Part shown: one piece after another, positions 23,075 through 31,961 of the stretch | Numbering within the stretch: the first letter of the stretch is position 1 | How the letters are laid out: every line of letters begins with the position of its first letter | Source of the DNA: a virus | Length of the DNA stretch: 64,000 bases | IMG/VR virus record: IMGVR_UViG_3300020045_002743 | Span: 1 to 64,000 of that record | Direction: 5' to 3' (one strand) | The notes under the pieces: generated by a model | What the model was told of the DNA's origin: nothing | Seen by the model: only the letters and a program-made list of their open reading frames with translations | Databases searched by the model: none | Position numbers and translations under genes: made by a program

Positions 23075-23840
23075 CTTGTGGAGCCGGTTGTACAGGTTTT
23101 GGTTTAGATTTCCGGCCTAATTTCTTAGCAACTTCGTCTTTTTGTTTATCATACGCTTGCAAGGCACGAGTAACAGCATCTTCAACGATCTTATCAATTG
23201 TCAAAGGTTTTTCGCCATCTTCTTGAACAAGCCCACATTCCTCACAATTAGGATCACCACAACCTTGAGCTTCTCGTGCTGCTGCGTAAATATCTAGACG
23301 GTCCATGATTTCATCTGCATCCAAGTAGATGTCTGTACCAGAAATTACAGTTTCAATTTCATTTTCTGTCAAGAAATTAGCATAACGTTTACGCATCTGT
23401 TTGTGGCTTTGCTTGCGGATGAACTCAGCTTGTGCAAAATTTTCATGTTCTTTTCCCCATGAGCCATAGCTGCACGTATGGCAAAAGAACTCGGCAGTAT
23501 CTGAAACACCCCATGTGTCACAAGCCAAGAAGATGAATGTAGCCATACTACCACAATCACTTTCAATAAATCCAATTACGTTTGCCTCTGATTCATTGAT
23601 TGCGTTTATGATCATGTTACCAGTGTTTACGCTGCCACCCCCACTCCGGATTCTAATTACCACCTCATCTTGGGCCGTAGCCGTGCGAAGAATGTTACAA
23701 AGGTCTAGGTAATCCTCAGCTTCCCCAATTGAACCAGTAAGATAATAATCATAACGAACACCACGAAACTCTGTAGTGAATGTTTTATTGTTTCCGATGA
23801 ATGGGTACAGCCCCATTTCACTATTTGATTTCTCTTTCAT
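23067..23840 (-). CDS. ClpP-like serine protease
   Basis: IRIRSGGGSV, CGSMATFIF (catalytic Ser), FFCH (His), DIYLDADE. Confidence 0.85.
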   Translation of the reverse strand: MKEKSNSEMGLYPFIGNNKTFTTEFRGVRYDYYLTGSIGEAEDYLDLCNILRTATAQDEVVIRIRSGGGSVNTGNMIINAINESEANVIGFIESDCGSMATFIFLACDTWGVSDTAEFFCHTCSYGSWGKEHENFAQAEFIRKQSHKQMRKRYANFLTENEIETVISGTDIYLDADEIMDRLDIYAAAREAQGCGDPNCEECGLVQEDGEKPLTIDKIVEDAVTRALQAYDKQKDEVAKKLGRKSKPKPVQPAPQGD

Positions 23841-24646
23841 TATTTATTCTCCTGTTCACGATCTTTCATCATACCAATTGCAATATCTTTAACCAAACCT
23901 CCGCGAACAATTTCTGAAGGGTCAGAGAAGTCAATAACCGCAACACCTTTCAAACCATGTCGTTGTGCGAATGACATAAACCATTCAAGACCTGACTCAC
24001 CTTGAATATCCTTCTGTAAAATGTCCCCGCAGAGAATCAGCTTACATTGATCAGAAACTCGCGTAACAATACTTTGCATTTCTTCTTTTGTGGTCTGTTG
24101 AGCTTCATCAATCACCAGATACGATGGTAGATCAAAGGACCTACCCCTGATACTTTCAACTTCCTGCACCTGAATTTCACCAGATTCTCCGTCCTTAAGT
24201 GCAATTTCGTAGGCTCCGGCACCAATACGGGACTTGATAGTGTCTAGGACGTTGCGCACATAGGGGTAGAGCTTTTGCAATGAACTTCCAGGCTTATATC
24301 CTGATGTTTTACCGGTTTGAACATAGGCACGAGCAACAATAATTTGTTTAATTTCATTCTTGCGGAACTTATCAGCAGCTACAACAGCCGCACAAAAAGT
24401 CTTACCTGTGCCATGAAGACCAAGGCATACTATTGCTTTAATCTCAGGATCTTCCAAAAGACGGAAGTATTCTTTCTGTTTAGCAGTCTTGGCAACAACT
24501 GGCGGTGGATTATTACGTTCTTCTAAAAACTTTTCCTTAATCTCAGGTTTAACACCACCATTTCTGGTGGACCGTGTTTTCTTACGAGGTACTGCCACTT
24601 CAACACCATCAACTACGGCCAAAAACGCCCGAGACTTATTGCCCAT
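23840..24646 (-). CDS. phoH: PhoH-family ATPase
   Basis: GLHGTGKT Walker A, IRGRSF, VIDEAQ, LCGD..QKD. Confidence 0.93.
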   Translation of the reverse strand: MGNKSRAFLAVVDGVEVAVPRKKTRSTRNGGVKPEIKEKFLEERNNPPPVVAKTAKQKEYFRLLEDPEIKAIVCLGLHGTGKTFCAAVVAADKFRKNEIKQIIVARAYVQTGKTSGYKPGSSLQKLYPYVRNVLDTIKSRIGAGAYEIALKDGESGEIQVQEVESIRGRSFDLPSYLVIDEAQQTTKEEMQSIVTRVSDQCKLILCGDILQKDIQGESGLEWFMSFAQRHGLKGVAVIDFSDPSEIVRGGLVKDIAIGMMKDREQENK

Positions 24647-24679
24647 TTATTATTTCCTTTCTCTAGTTAAGTTTCAAAA

Positions 24680-27600
24680 CTACCCTACCACAAACACAAC
24701 CTCACCACTTTCCTCTACACTATCCCGCCAGCTCTGCCTTTCTCTAAGCTTCTCATCCATACTAATCTTTTTCTCAACTAATTCCAATAATTTGTGAATA
24801 ATTTCTTCTGGATAAAAGTGAGTTTTATCTTCAAGGTCGTCACTCGTCTGATCTACCCAACCTAAGTATTGACTTAGTATAAGCTCTTTATCTTCTTTTG
24901 TAAAGATCATCTTGTAAACCTATAAAGTTATTTATCTCTATAAAATATACTAGAGCCATGTGCCGAGCGGAATGACCTATTGACTCTTGTAATGCCTCCG
25001 AAATAACACTTCTCACATCCTGGGGCAATGACAATTGCATCAGCAGTGCAATCTACCATAGAAACATAGTTACCCAATATATAAATTTTACCACTATACT
25101 CGATATTATTTACAGACTGTCCAGTGTAAAGAACTTTGAACTTTTCTTGGTCTAAATCTTTGGACATTTCGATAATGAATTTGTCCCTTTCGACTACATT
25201 GCGTTCTAAAGATTGTAGATCCTCTTTACGTACTAAATTAAACAATTTACAGATTAAATTCTTCATGTAATATCCTTAATCTCTATCTCAATCGTAGCAA
25301 TAGCTTTCTCAAAAGAGACATCACCTTCTACTAATGTAGCAACTATTGCAATAATATTCAAGAGATATTCTTTACCATCACCAACATAATAAACTAAACC
25401 AGATTCTGATGTGTATACTCCGTTTGATAGTGTTCCTCGTGTTGTGTCCATTATTGGTCCTCCTTGATATCTTCAGTATAAACTAAATGTTCTTTCCCGT
25501 CCCCACAATGACTCATATAGACCTTATCCGAAATTAAATACTTAATCCACACCCTTTTACTAAACTTTGTAGACCAATAAATTTTACTAATTTCAATTTC
25601 CACTATTAAAGCCCTCTTAATTTCTACCAAGGCTCATATCCATTTTCATATGCCCATTCTTCAAACTCTGTATAACGCTCAAATCCAATGCTCATTTTGT
25701 ATCCTCCAAACTGTCAGTCAGAAAGAGAATAATTTCATCGTTCTCTGTGAAAGTGAAGGAGTAGTTAGCAGAATCCTCCGCTTCTACAGTCCAAACTCCA
25801 TTAACAACTGTAGGCTCTCCCCAAGCTTTGAAAGAGTAGTCTTCTCCGTTGTTATCCATTGCGTAAAATACTTGACCGTGTTTAAGCTCTTTAATTTTTA
25901 GCATTATTTCCAACCCCTTTTGTTAGCAAAACAGGTCAACCAAATTCCTGCTGGAATACCTAATAAGAATCCAAGAATCAAGCCGGTAGTGAGCAGAATA
26001 TCGCCGTGTGTCATTATTAAATCTCCTTATACCAAATGTCTGTTTCTGCCGATGTAGTGATCCTAAGACCATAATCAGAATAACCTCTTGGGTCTTTTGA
26101 ATTATCTTCTTCCCATTTATTCACATTATCAAAATGTTCAAAAAACGCTATAGTCCCTACCTCATGATTGAAGATTTCGTAAAGAACGTGGTGTTTTGTG
26201 TACATTTGCTTTCTCCCTTTTAGGCTGATTTTCTAAATTTTCAAGATCATATTCATAGTAAATCCTGTTACTTAAATAATCATATTCCTCCCAAATAAAA
26301 TAGTCAACATCATCCTGATCTTTGTCATTTAACAATACATTAACTCCGAGAATTTAGATCATACTTCCACACCATGTACATTAATTGCCCAATCAACAAA
26401 CGCTTTATATTCTTTTTCATCAACAGAAATCAGTTCAGCTTGCGCTGCTGCATACTCCAGATCACCCCGAATGTAGTCATTAAACCAGTGAGTAAGGAAA
26501 TCTTCATCATTCACGATTGTCTCATACAATTCCTCATATGTCTTTAGGACTTCATCCTTACTGTACCCCTGAATAGCCGTGTATGCATAGTCATGTGCAA
26601 TTTGTTTTGCGGACCACTGATAGGTGTGTCCGAAATTTGTCTTTACGATAAAGTCTCTCATGTTGATTCTTCTCCGTCTACAGTTTCAATCTGAATACCC
26701 TCAAGATTCAGAATATCAAATGCTGCGTTGCTATGGTCATAATTTAAAGAGTCATAGCAATGTGACAATGGCTCCTTATCAATCACAAGCTTTTCATCTT
26801 TATAAATTTTATATCCTTGTGCGTAGGAGTAACCACATGTCTCACATTCGTGCTGATCTTCTAGCCAAACAATCGTGTAACTTTTCATCTATAACCCCTT
26901 AAAAATCTTCTACGATCTGTTGATAACTAGCAGCATTCTTCAATACAGATTCTAGCACTTTCCCTTGATAAGTCAAGCCATTATGAATAATCACTAAGAA
27001 TTCTTTTTCAAATGGCACTTCAAGACAGTTATCCCTATATTTAAGTCTTTTCAAAGGCAACCCTTCAATATTCCCATATTTTGCATCGAATGCAATTACA
27101 CCTGATACACTGCGGATGTTACCTTCGTAGAAATAAAGAAATCCTGACAATGTTCTGAAAACAAGTGACGTACGTTCATCGTTGATGATAAGGCTGTCTA
27201 GTGTTTCTCGTTTAAGTTCTTTGAAATCTGTCATTCTTTAATTACCTCAAAATCTGTGATAGAAAAGTCCCAACATGCTGGATATATGCATTGACCATAC
27301 TCCGTATATTCCCCGTTATCCCTATCTACATCTAAACTATATAACCCGTCACCATTAGTTAGAATATCTGCTTCATACTCAATAAGCTCTTTTTCAATAT
27401 CTTGTAGACCACAAACTGTGATTTTACCATTTATTTCATAAATAAATGTGTCCACATCTCCAAACTTCATGACCTTAATTTTAATACTCATCATTTATCC
27501 TCATGATTTGGTAGAACATTATCCCTTGTGTATAAATTATTCGCTTTCAACACTGAGGATAACACACGATTCTCTTCTGTCAAAGCTTTCTTTTCCTCCA

Positions 27601-29029
27601 AGGTCTGTTTCACCAAATACTCTAGTGCTTTGTGGTAAGGCATGTTCAGGATATTTGGGCGCATAAGTAGCTCTTGGATCGTTCCCGACGAGCGATCTGG
27701 ATCAAGACCAACAAGGAATCGTATCTCGTTTTCTTTCATGTGTTTTCCTCGGTAACTTCTCTCTCTTTATTCATTTATGCAGCCCACCTTTGATAAAAAA
27801 TAGAGCAGAACCTACGAATACGGGTGCTAGTACAAAAGTTATTACGCAGGCCTTAGTGAAGGCAAAAATGCCTACAGATAACAAGCCTGAAACAATAAAA
27901 GACTGTAAGCCCTCCAGAATACATACAATCAGTCCTATATGCCACCACATCAAACAAAAATCCCAAACTTCTTTAAACCAATTTTCAAAATATTTCATCA
28001 AACCCTCCAGCAGCTATTCATATTGTAAGGTGGTACCAAATAGATTTCAGCAAATGCGTTCGCAGATTCTCTTGTGGAGAACTCAGCTAGCTTCTCACGT
28101 TTGTAAAATATTGCAAAGCGTTTCTTACCATAGGGTTTTTCTATTAGCTTAAGTTTTGTCATTGATCTTCTCCTGTGTATACGGAGATATGTGAACCTTT
28201 ATAGCAGTGATCTTCAAAATATTTAGGATCGGTATCTGTGATTCTAGAATCCTCTGCCCATTTCTTTAGGGCGTAAATTTCAATACTATTTTCCGCAACT
28301 ATGTTTAAAGTGCCGTCTGCACTCATTACTACTTTCATTTAGTCATATCCTCAATACGCTTACGCATATGTTCGTCTGTATCATACCAACCTGACAGGTA
28401 AGCTGTAAATCCACTTTCTTGCCACGAGCAATGACCGTTTGGTTTATTTTCTGGGTCATACCCGTAACACTTGCGGCTGATACCACGGATCTCTGATAGC
28501 TGATCAAGCATGTTCATGCCCGATACTCCACGCGAAAGTTCTCAATAATTATTTCATCCCCACACTGCACATCACCATTATCTAGATGTGCAAGCTCTGT
28601 ATATTCTCGTGAGAGAAATAGTTTCTTGTTACAATCACAAGAATAGTTCCCATCTTCATACATATACTCTGCACCGCCTTCCCAATGACCGTAACCGAAA
28701 TCCTGTTCGTGATAGTATGACTTACCTTCATACACAAGATCCATACAAGCTATGGTTCGATTGTGAATATCCCCCTCTCCTTCGTCGGTTACTATAGTGC
28801 CTTTTGTCCAATTTCTAGCTTTCTGTACTAAATCTTTCATTTCAGACTCTGTTTCAAAGTAATAGTACAGGGTGTCATCATGATTTTTGGTTGGTGGGTA
28901 TTCTTTAATAAACTCTTTCTGTCCACCACCCCAAGCCTTTACCATATAATTCTGCATTTCTTCTCTCCTTCTATATTTGATAGTTAAAGAATAACACAAG
29001 GTCTTTAGGAAAGCAACAGATTTTATCAA
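24680..29029 (-). other. Cluster of about 18 small minus-strand hypothetical genes
   Basis: Contiguous ORFs; 28514 ORF has EDGNYSCDCN motif; 27771 ORF is hydrophobic. Confidence 0.7.
28988..29016 (-). promoter_or_regulatory. Leftward promoter
   Basis: TTGCTT-17 bp-TATTCT on the minus strand. Confidence 0.6.
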
Positions 29030-29040
29030 ATAAATAAATC

Positions 29041-29135
29041 TTTACACAAACTCAAATACGTGTTACAATGTTGTATAGAAAGAGAGAAAATAAATTTAAA
29101 TCTCTATTGCTTTATAAGATTTTATGCTGTACAAT
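29041..29135 (+). promoter_or_regulatory. Two tandem rightward promoters
   Basis: TTTACA-17-TACAAT (29041-29069) and TTGCTT-17-TACAAT (29107-29135). Confidence 0.7.
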
Positions 29136-29141
29136 TTATTC

Positions 29142-29434
29142 ATCTACTAAAAATGTAGATCGGAACAGAGAGATATGTAGCACTCACCGTACTGTTCTTA
29201 AAAGCCTATGAAGAGAACCATGAAGGGCTAACCCGAGTAATTAGAGCTTGTTGAGGGGAAGTGGCTAGACTTACAATCTTAGGATTGTCTAGGTAAGACA
29301 AGCAATTCATCTGGCCTCAAGCCAGCCTAGTGACATCTCAATTAGGATGTACAAAGGGGAGAAGTTATGCTAAGGTTACTCCTAATGCAAATTAAATTTT
29401 GTATGGGGTTCCCTAGGCTAGTTGTAACTTCTCC
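29142..29434 (+). ncRNA. Candidate structured RNA or long leader
   Basis: ORF-free; several helices, including GGAGAAGTTA/TAACTTCTCC. Confidence 0.4.
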
Positions 29435-29503
29435 TAGCTCAAAACTCATTAGGATATTATATAACTATATCTACTTAGTAAGAATAGAGATAAGGAGAAA
29501 GAG

Positions 29504-29686
29504 ATGTATGAAGGTTTAGAAGAGCTAAAGAAAGATTATAATAAATACAATCCATACTTAGCAACAGGAGAAGATCTTGATCGTATAGGCGAGCTTTGTG
29601 GTTTAAAAAGAGAATATAATGAATGGCTAGAATCTGATAGGGATTTCAGGATTAGGGTTTTATATGAGTTAGTTAAATATATTTAA
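29504..29686 (+). CDS. 60-aa protein resembling the baseplate wedge helical motif
   Basis: ATGEDLDRIGELCGLKR...ESDRDFRIR; AAGGAG RBS. Confidence 0.7.
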   Translation: MYEGLEELKKDYNKYNPYLATGEDLDRIGELCGLKREYNEWLESDRDFRIRVLYELVKYI

Positions 29687-29694
29687 CTTAGCTA

Positions 29695-29722
29695 TTGACA
29701 TCTGTTATTCAATAGTGATACT
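29695..29722 (+). promoter_or_regulatory. sigma70-type promoter
   Basis: TTGACA-16 bp-GATACT. Confidence 0.6.
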
Positions 29723-29755
29723 CTTCATATTATAAATCAAAGAAGGAGTCCACTT

Positions 29756-29932
29756 ATGGGCGAAGCTGTATTTTGCTCGTATTGTGGCGAGCTAGAAAGT
29801 GATTGTGTATGTGATGTTGTAATTGAGTATCTAGAAGACAATGATCCTGACTTCAAATTTGAATGGGCTCATGAGTCAACGACAGAATTGAACTCAACAT
29901 CATTTAGAATTATTTTACCAATTTATGAATAA
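29756..29932 (+). CDS. 58-aa acidic Cys-motif protein (not in ORF track)
   Basis: MGEAVFCSYCGELESDCVCD...; AAGGAG RBS. Confidence 0.65.
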   Translation: MGEAVFCSYCGELESDCVCDVVIEYLEDNDPDFKFEWAHESTTELNSTSFRIILPIYE

Positions 29933-29936
29933 ATAC

Positions 29937-29965
29937 TTGACAAATAACCATTGTTCATATAAACT
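29937..29965 (+). promoter_or_regulatory. Promoter of the tRNA/ncRNA cluster
   Basis: TTGACA-17 bp-TAAACT. Confidence 0.75.
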
Positions 29966-30163
29966 AAAAGAACTGAATAAGAAAAGATTTATGCGAGGCC
30001 AGATAACCCTTTATTGGTTATCGAAAGGTAGGGCACTACTCAAGGCTGACTAATTTTGTCTGTCTCCTACACAGCTCGCACTTAACACATTCAATCTTCG
30101 TCAAGATTGTCTAATTCCCTTTAAGGGGCTTGAAGAATTCTGACGAGAGTTTAAAGTCTTCCC

Positions 30164-30313
30164 TTTGTGTGACGGAGAGCAATGAATTAGCTGAAAGGCA
30201 AAAAGAGCATGCAGTTCAATTCTGCTCGGTAGCTGAGGGTTGGTACGCAACCGTTCGATTCGGTTCTAGTCTATCTGGTGATAGAAGCTTGACTGATGGA
30301 AAGACATCACAAA
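30164..30313 (+). ncRNA. Candidate ncRNA with two T-loop hairpins
   Basis: GCAG-TTCAATT-CTGC and AACCG-TTCGATT-CGGTT; ends TTTGTG/CACAAA can pair. Confidence 0.5.
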
Positions 30314-30317
30314 TTAT

Positions 30318-30390
30318 TGGGGAGTAGCACAGCGGTAGATGCGCAAAGCTGTTAACTTTGATGTCGCAGGTTCGAATCCTGCCTCCCTAG
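30318..30390 (+). tRNA. tRNA-Asn(GTT)
   Basis: Cloverleaf; CAAAG-CT GTT AA-CTTTG; GGTTCGAATCC; CCA not fully encoded. Confidence 0.93.
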
Positions 30391-30396
30391 CCTTTC

Positions 30397-30470
30397 GCCC
30401 TTCTCGTATATTGATATTACATCTGTTTTGTAATCAGAATAAGGCAGTTTGATTCTGTCGTGGGGCACCA
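30397..30470 (+). tRNA. tRNA-Thr(TGT), somewhat degenerate
   Basis: GCCCTTC/GTGGGGC acceptor, TT TGT AA loop, TTTGATT T-loop, ACCA end. Confidence 0.75.
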
Positions 30471-30534
30471 GCTTAGAAAGCTAGATAAGCGTCGGGTAAC
30501 AGAGACTAGCGAACATATCTCGACAGCGACCAAT

Positions 30535-30611
30535 ATTCCCGTAATTCAACTGGATAGAATATCTGTCTTCTAAACAGAACGTTGCTGGATCGTACCCAGC
30601 CGGGAATACCA
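30535..30611 (+). tRNA. tRNA-Arg(TCT)
   Basis: ATTCCCG/CGGGAAT acceptor; TCTGT-CT TCT AA-ACAGA; ACCA end. Confidence 0.88.
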
Positions 30612-30616
30612 GATAT

Positions 30617-30696
30617 GCGGATGTAGGTCGCCCCTACAGCTTTAGACAAGAATTCAGAGGCATCTGAAAGATCAATTTAAAGTGGCCTCCGCACCA
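30617..30696 (+). ncRNA. CCA-terminated tRNA-like RNA without canonical arms
   Basis: GCGGA/TCCGC stem plus ACCA; internal hairpins do not form D, anticodon or T arms. Confidence 0.45.
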
Positions 30697-30703
30697 GTTT
30701 CAC

Positions 30704-30945
30704 CCACAATCACTAAGATTAAGTCTAAAAAGATTGTGGTATTCACGCTGTCATCTCCTCTCCTAAGACAGCACTTAAGATATTCTCTGTTCCTCCTCTC
30801 TCCTCGCAGAGAATATCTTCTGGCCTTGGATAGATTATACTAGTCCTCTCCTTCTAATATAATCTTCGCTAACAGGGCCATTTCTTAAGCGTTCTTCTTC
30901 ATTATGAATACTACAGGGCATAGCCGGTAAGTTCGCTTAAGAAAT
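30704..30945 (+). ncRNA. Tandem hairpin array with anti-Shine-Dalgarno loops
   Basis: Five consecutive stems; three loops contain TCTCCT. Confidence 0.6.
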
Positions 30946-30969
30946 CACTTATTCATAGGAACATACATT

Positions 30970-31383
30970 ATGGCTGGTAATTCGAAAGATAAACAGACCG
31001 ATAAGCAAAAAAGTACACAGTTCCAAGGTGAACGTAGCAATAGAAATACCAAAGGCAATAGCAAGGTTCGTATTACTAAGTCAAAACTTCGTGCAACTGC
31101 TGAAAAGCTTCGTGAGATTGAGCCTAAAGCACTTGAGAACATCAAGAATAGTGTTGAAGGTATTGAAGTTGACGCTAAACAGCTTTCAACCAGTCAATGG
31201 GTAATTACGAGCATCATTTCTCTGGACCGTGCAGCAAGCGGAGAAGAGGCAGCCTTGACCAAGATTCGTCTTGAAGGTAAGCGTACGGACGATGATGAAG
31301 ATGAGCAGAGAGAAGCTGCTGAGATTGTAAAGCTCGTACCTCGATTAAAGCTTACCTTTGATGAGCCACCCAAAGAAGATTAA
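30970..31383 (+). CDS. Probable terminase small subunit
   Basis: STQFQGERSNRNTKG N-terminal motif, helical body, position ahead of the morphogenesis block. Confidence 0.6.
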   Translation: MAGNSKDKQTDKQKSTQFQGERSNRNTKGNSKVRITKSKLRATAEKLREIEPKALENIKNSVEGIEVDAKQLSTSQWVITSIISLDRAASGEEAALTKIRLEGKRTDDDEDEQREAAEIVKLVPRLKLTFDEPPKED

Positions 31384-31527
31384 AAGAATTTGTAGTGAGC
31401 CAGTGTGAAACGGTAGGCTTTAAATGGAGCGAGTACTCCCAGCTACAAACCTAACTAGATCGTAAGGTCTGGTATCGTCCTTTGCCTAGGACACCCGGAA
31501 CCTCTGGCGGGGTTCCATCTATTCCAA

Positions 31528-31602
31528 GGGTCCATAGTTCAGTCCGGTTAGAACAGTGACCTCATAAGTCATTTGTCGTAAGTTCAAGTCTTACTGGACC
31601 CA
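31528..31602 (+). tRNA. tRNA with CAT anticodon (elongator Met or Ile2)
   Basis: GGGTCCA/TGGACCC acceptor; GTGAC-CT CAT AA-GTCAT; GTTCAAGT. Confidence 0.9.
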
Positions 31603-31619
31603 CCCCACATAAAAGGAGA

Positions 31620-31961
31620 ATGACAATGCTCACTGTAAAACGTGGGGACACTTTCGATCAACTTGTCAGTCTCCCCGATACATTTGCTGATGGCTATTTT
31701 GTAGGCTGGACAATCACATCACAGATTAGGACATCACAATACTCAAGGCTAATTTCTGAGTTTAGTCCTACATGGCTTGACCCTGTAACCACAAGAGTAG
31801 TTAAGCTTTTCATGCTTGATACACAATCTTGGCCTATTGGTATATTACAATTAGATATTCAGTTTACAAGAAACTCTGATTCCTACGTTATTAGTACACA
31901 AACTCTTGATGTAACAGTAACCAAGGATATTACCTTTCCAACTCCAGTGGTGTCTGTGTGA
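31620..31961 (+). CDS. Virion accessory/adaptor protein (Ig-like)
   Basis: KRGDTF start, beta-rich, coupled to the fibre gene. Confidence 0.55.
   Translation: MTMLTVKRGDTFDQLVSLPDTFADGYFVGWTITSQIRTSQYSRLISEFSPTWLDPVTTRVVKLFMLDTQSWPIGILQLDIQFTRNSDSYVISTQTLDVTVTKDITFPTPVVSV

Noticed and set aside
29133-29160. TCTAC-loop-GTAGAT resembling a Cas12a repeat (possible RNA anti-CRISPR)
   Set aside because: Single copy, 7-nt loop, and the AATTT needed for the pseudoknot is not adjacent; a 6-bp hairpin can arise by chance.
30130-30327. 65-aa ORF in the track
   Set aside because: TTG start, overlaps T-loop structures and tRNA-Asn; more likely non-coding.
30397-30470. Reading this tRNA as Tyr(GTA)
   Set aside because: Stem register centres TGT, and there is no long variable arm.
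30471-30533. Theta/HDV-like ribozyme or extra tRNA after tRNA-Thr (ends GACCA)
   Set aside because: Could not build the nested double pseudoknot or a cloverleaf by eye.
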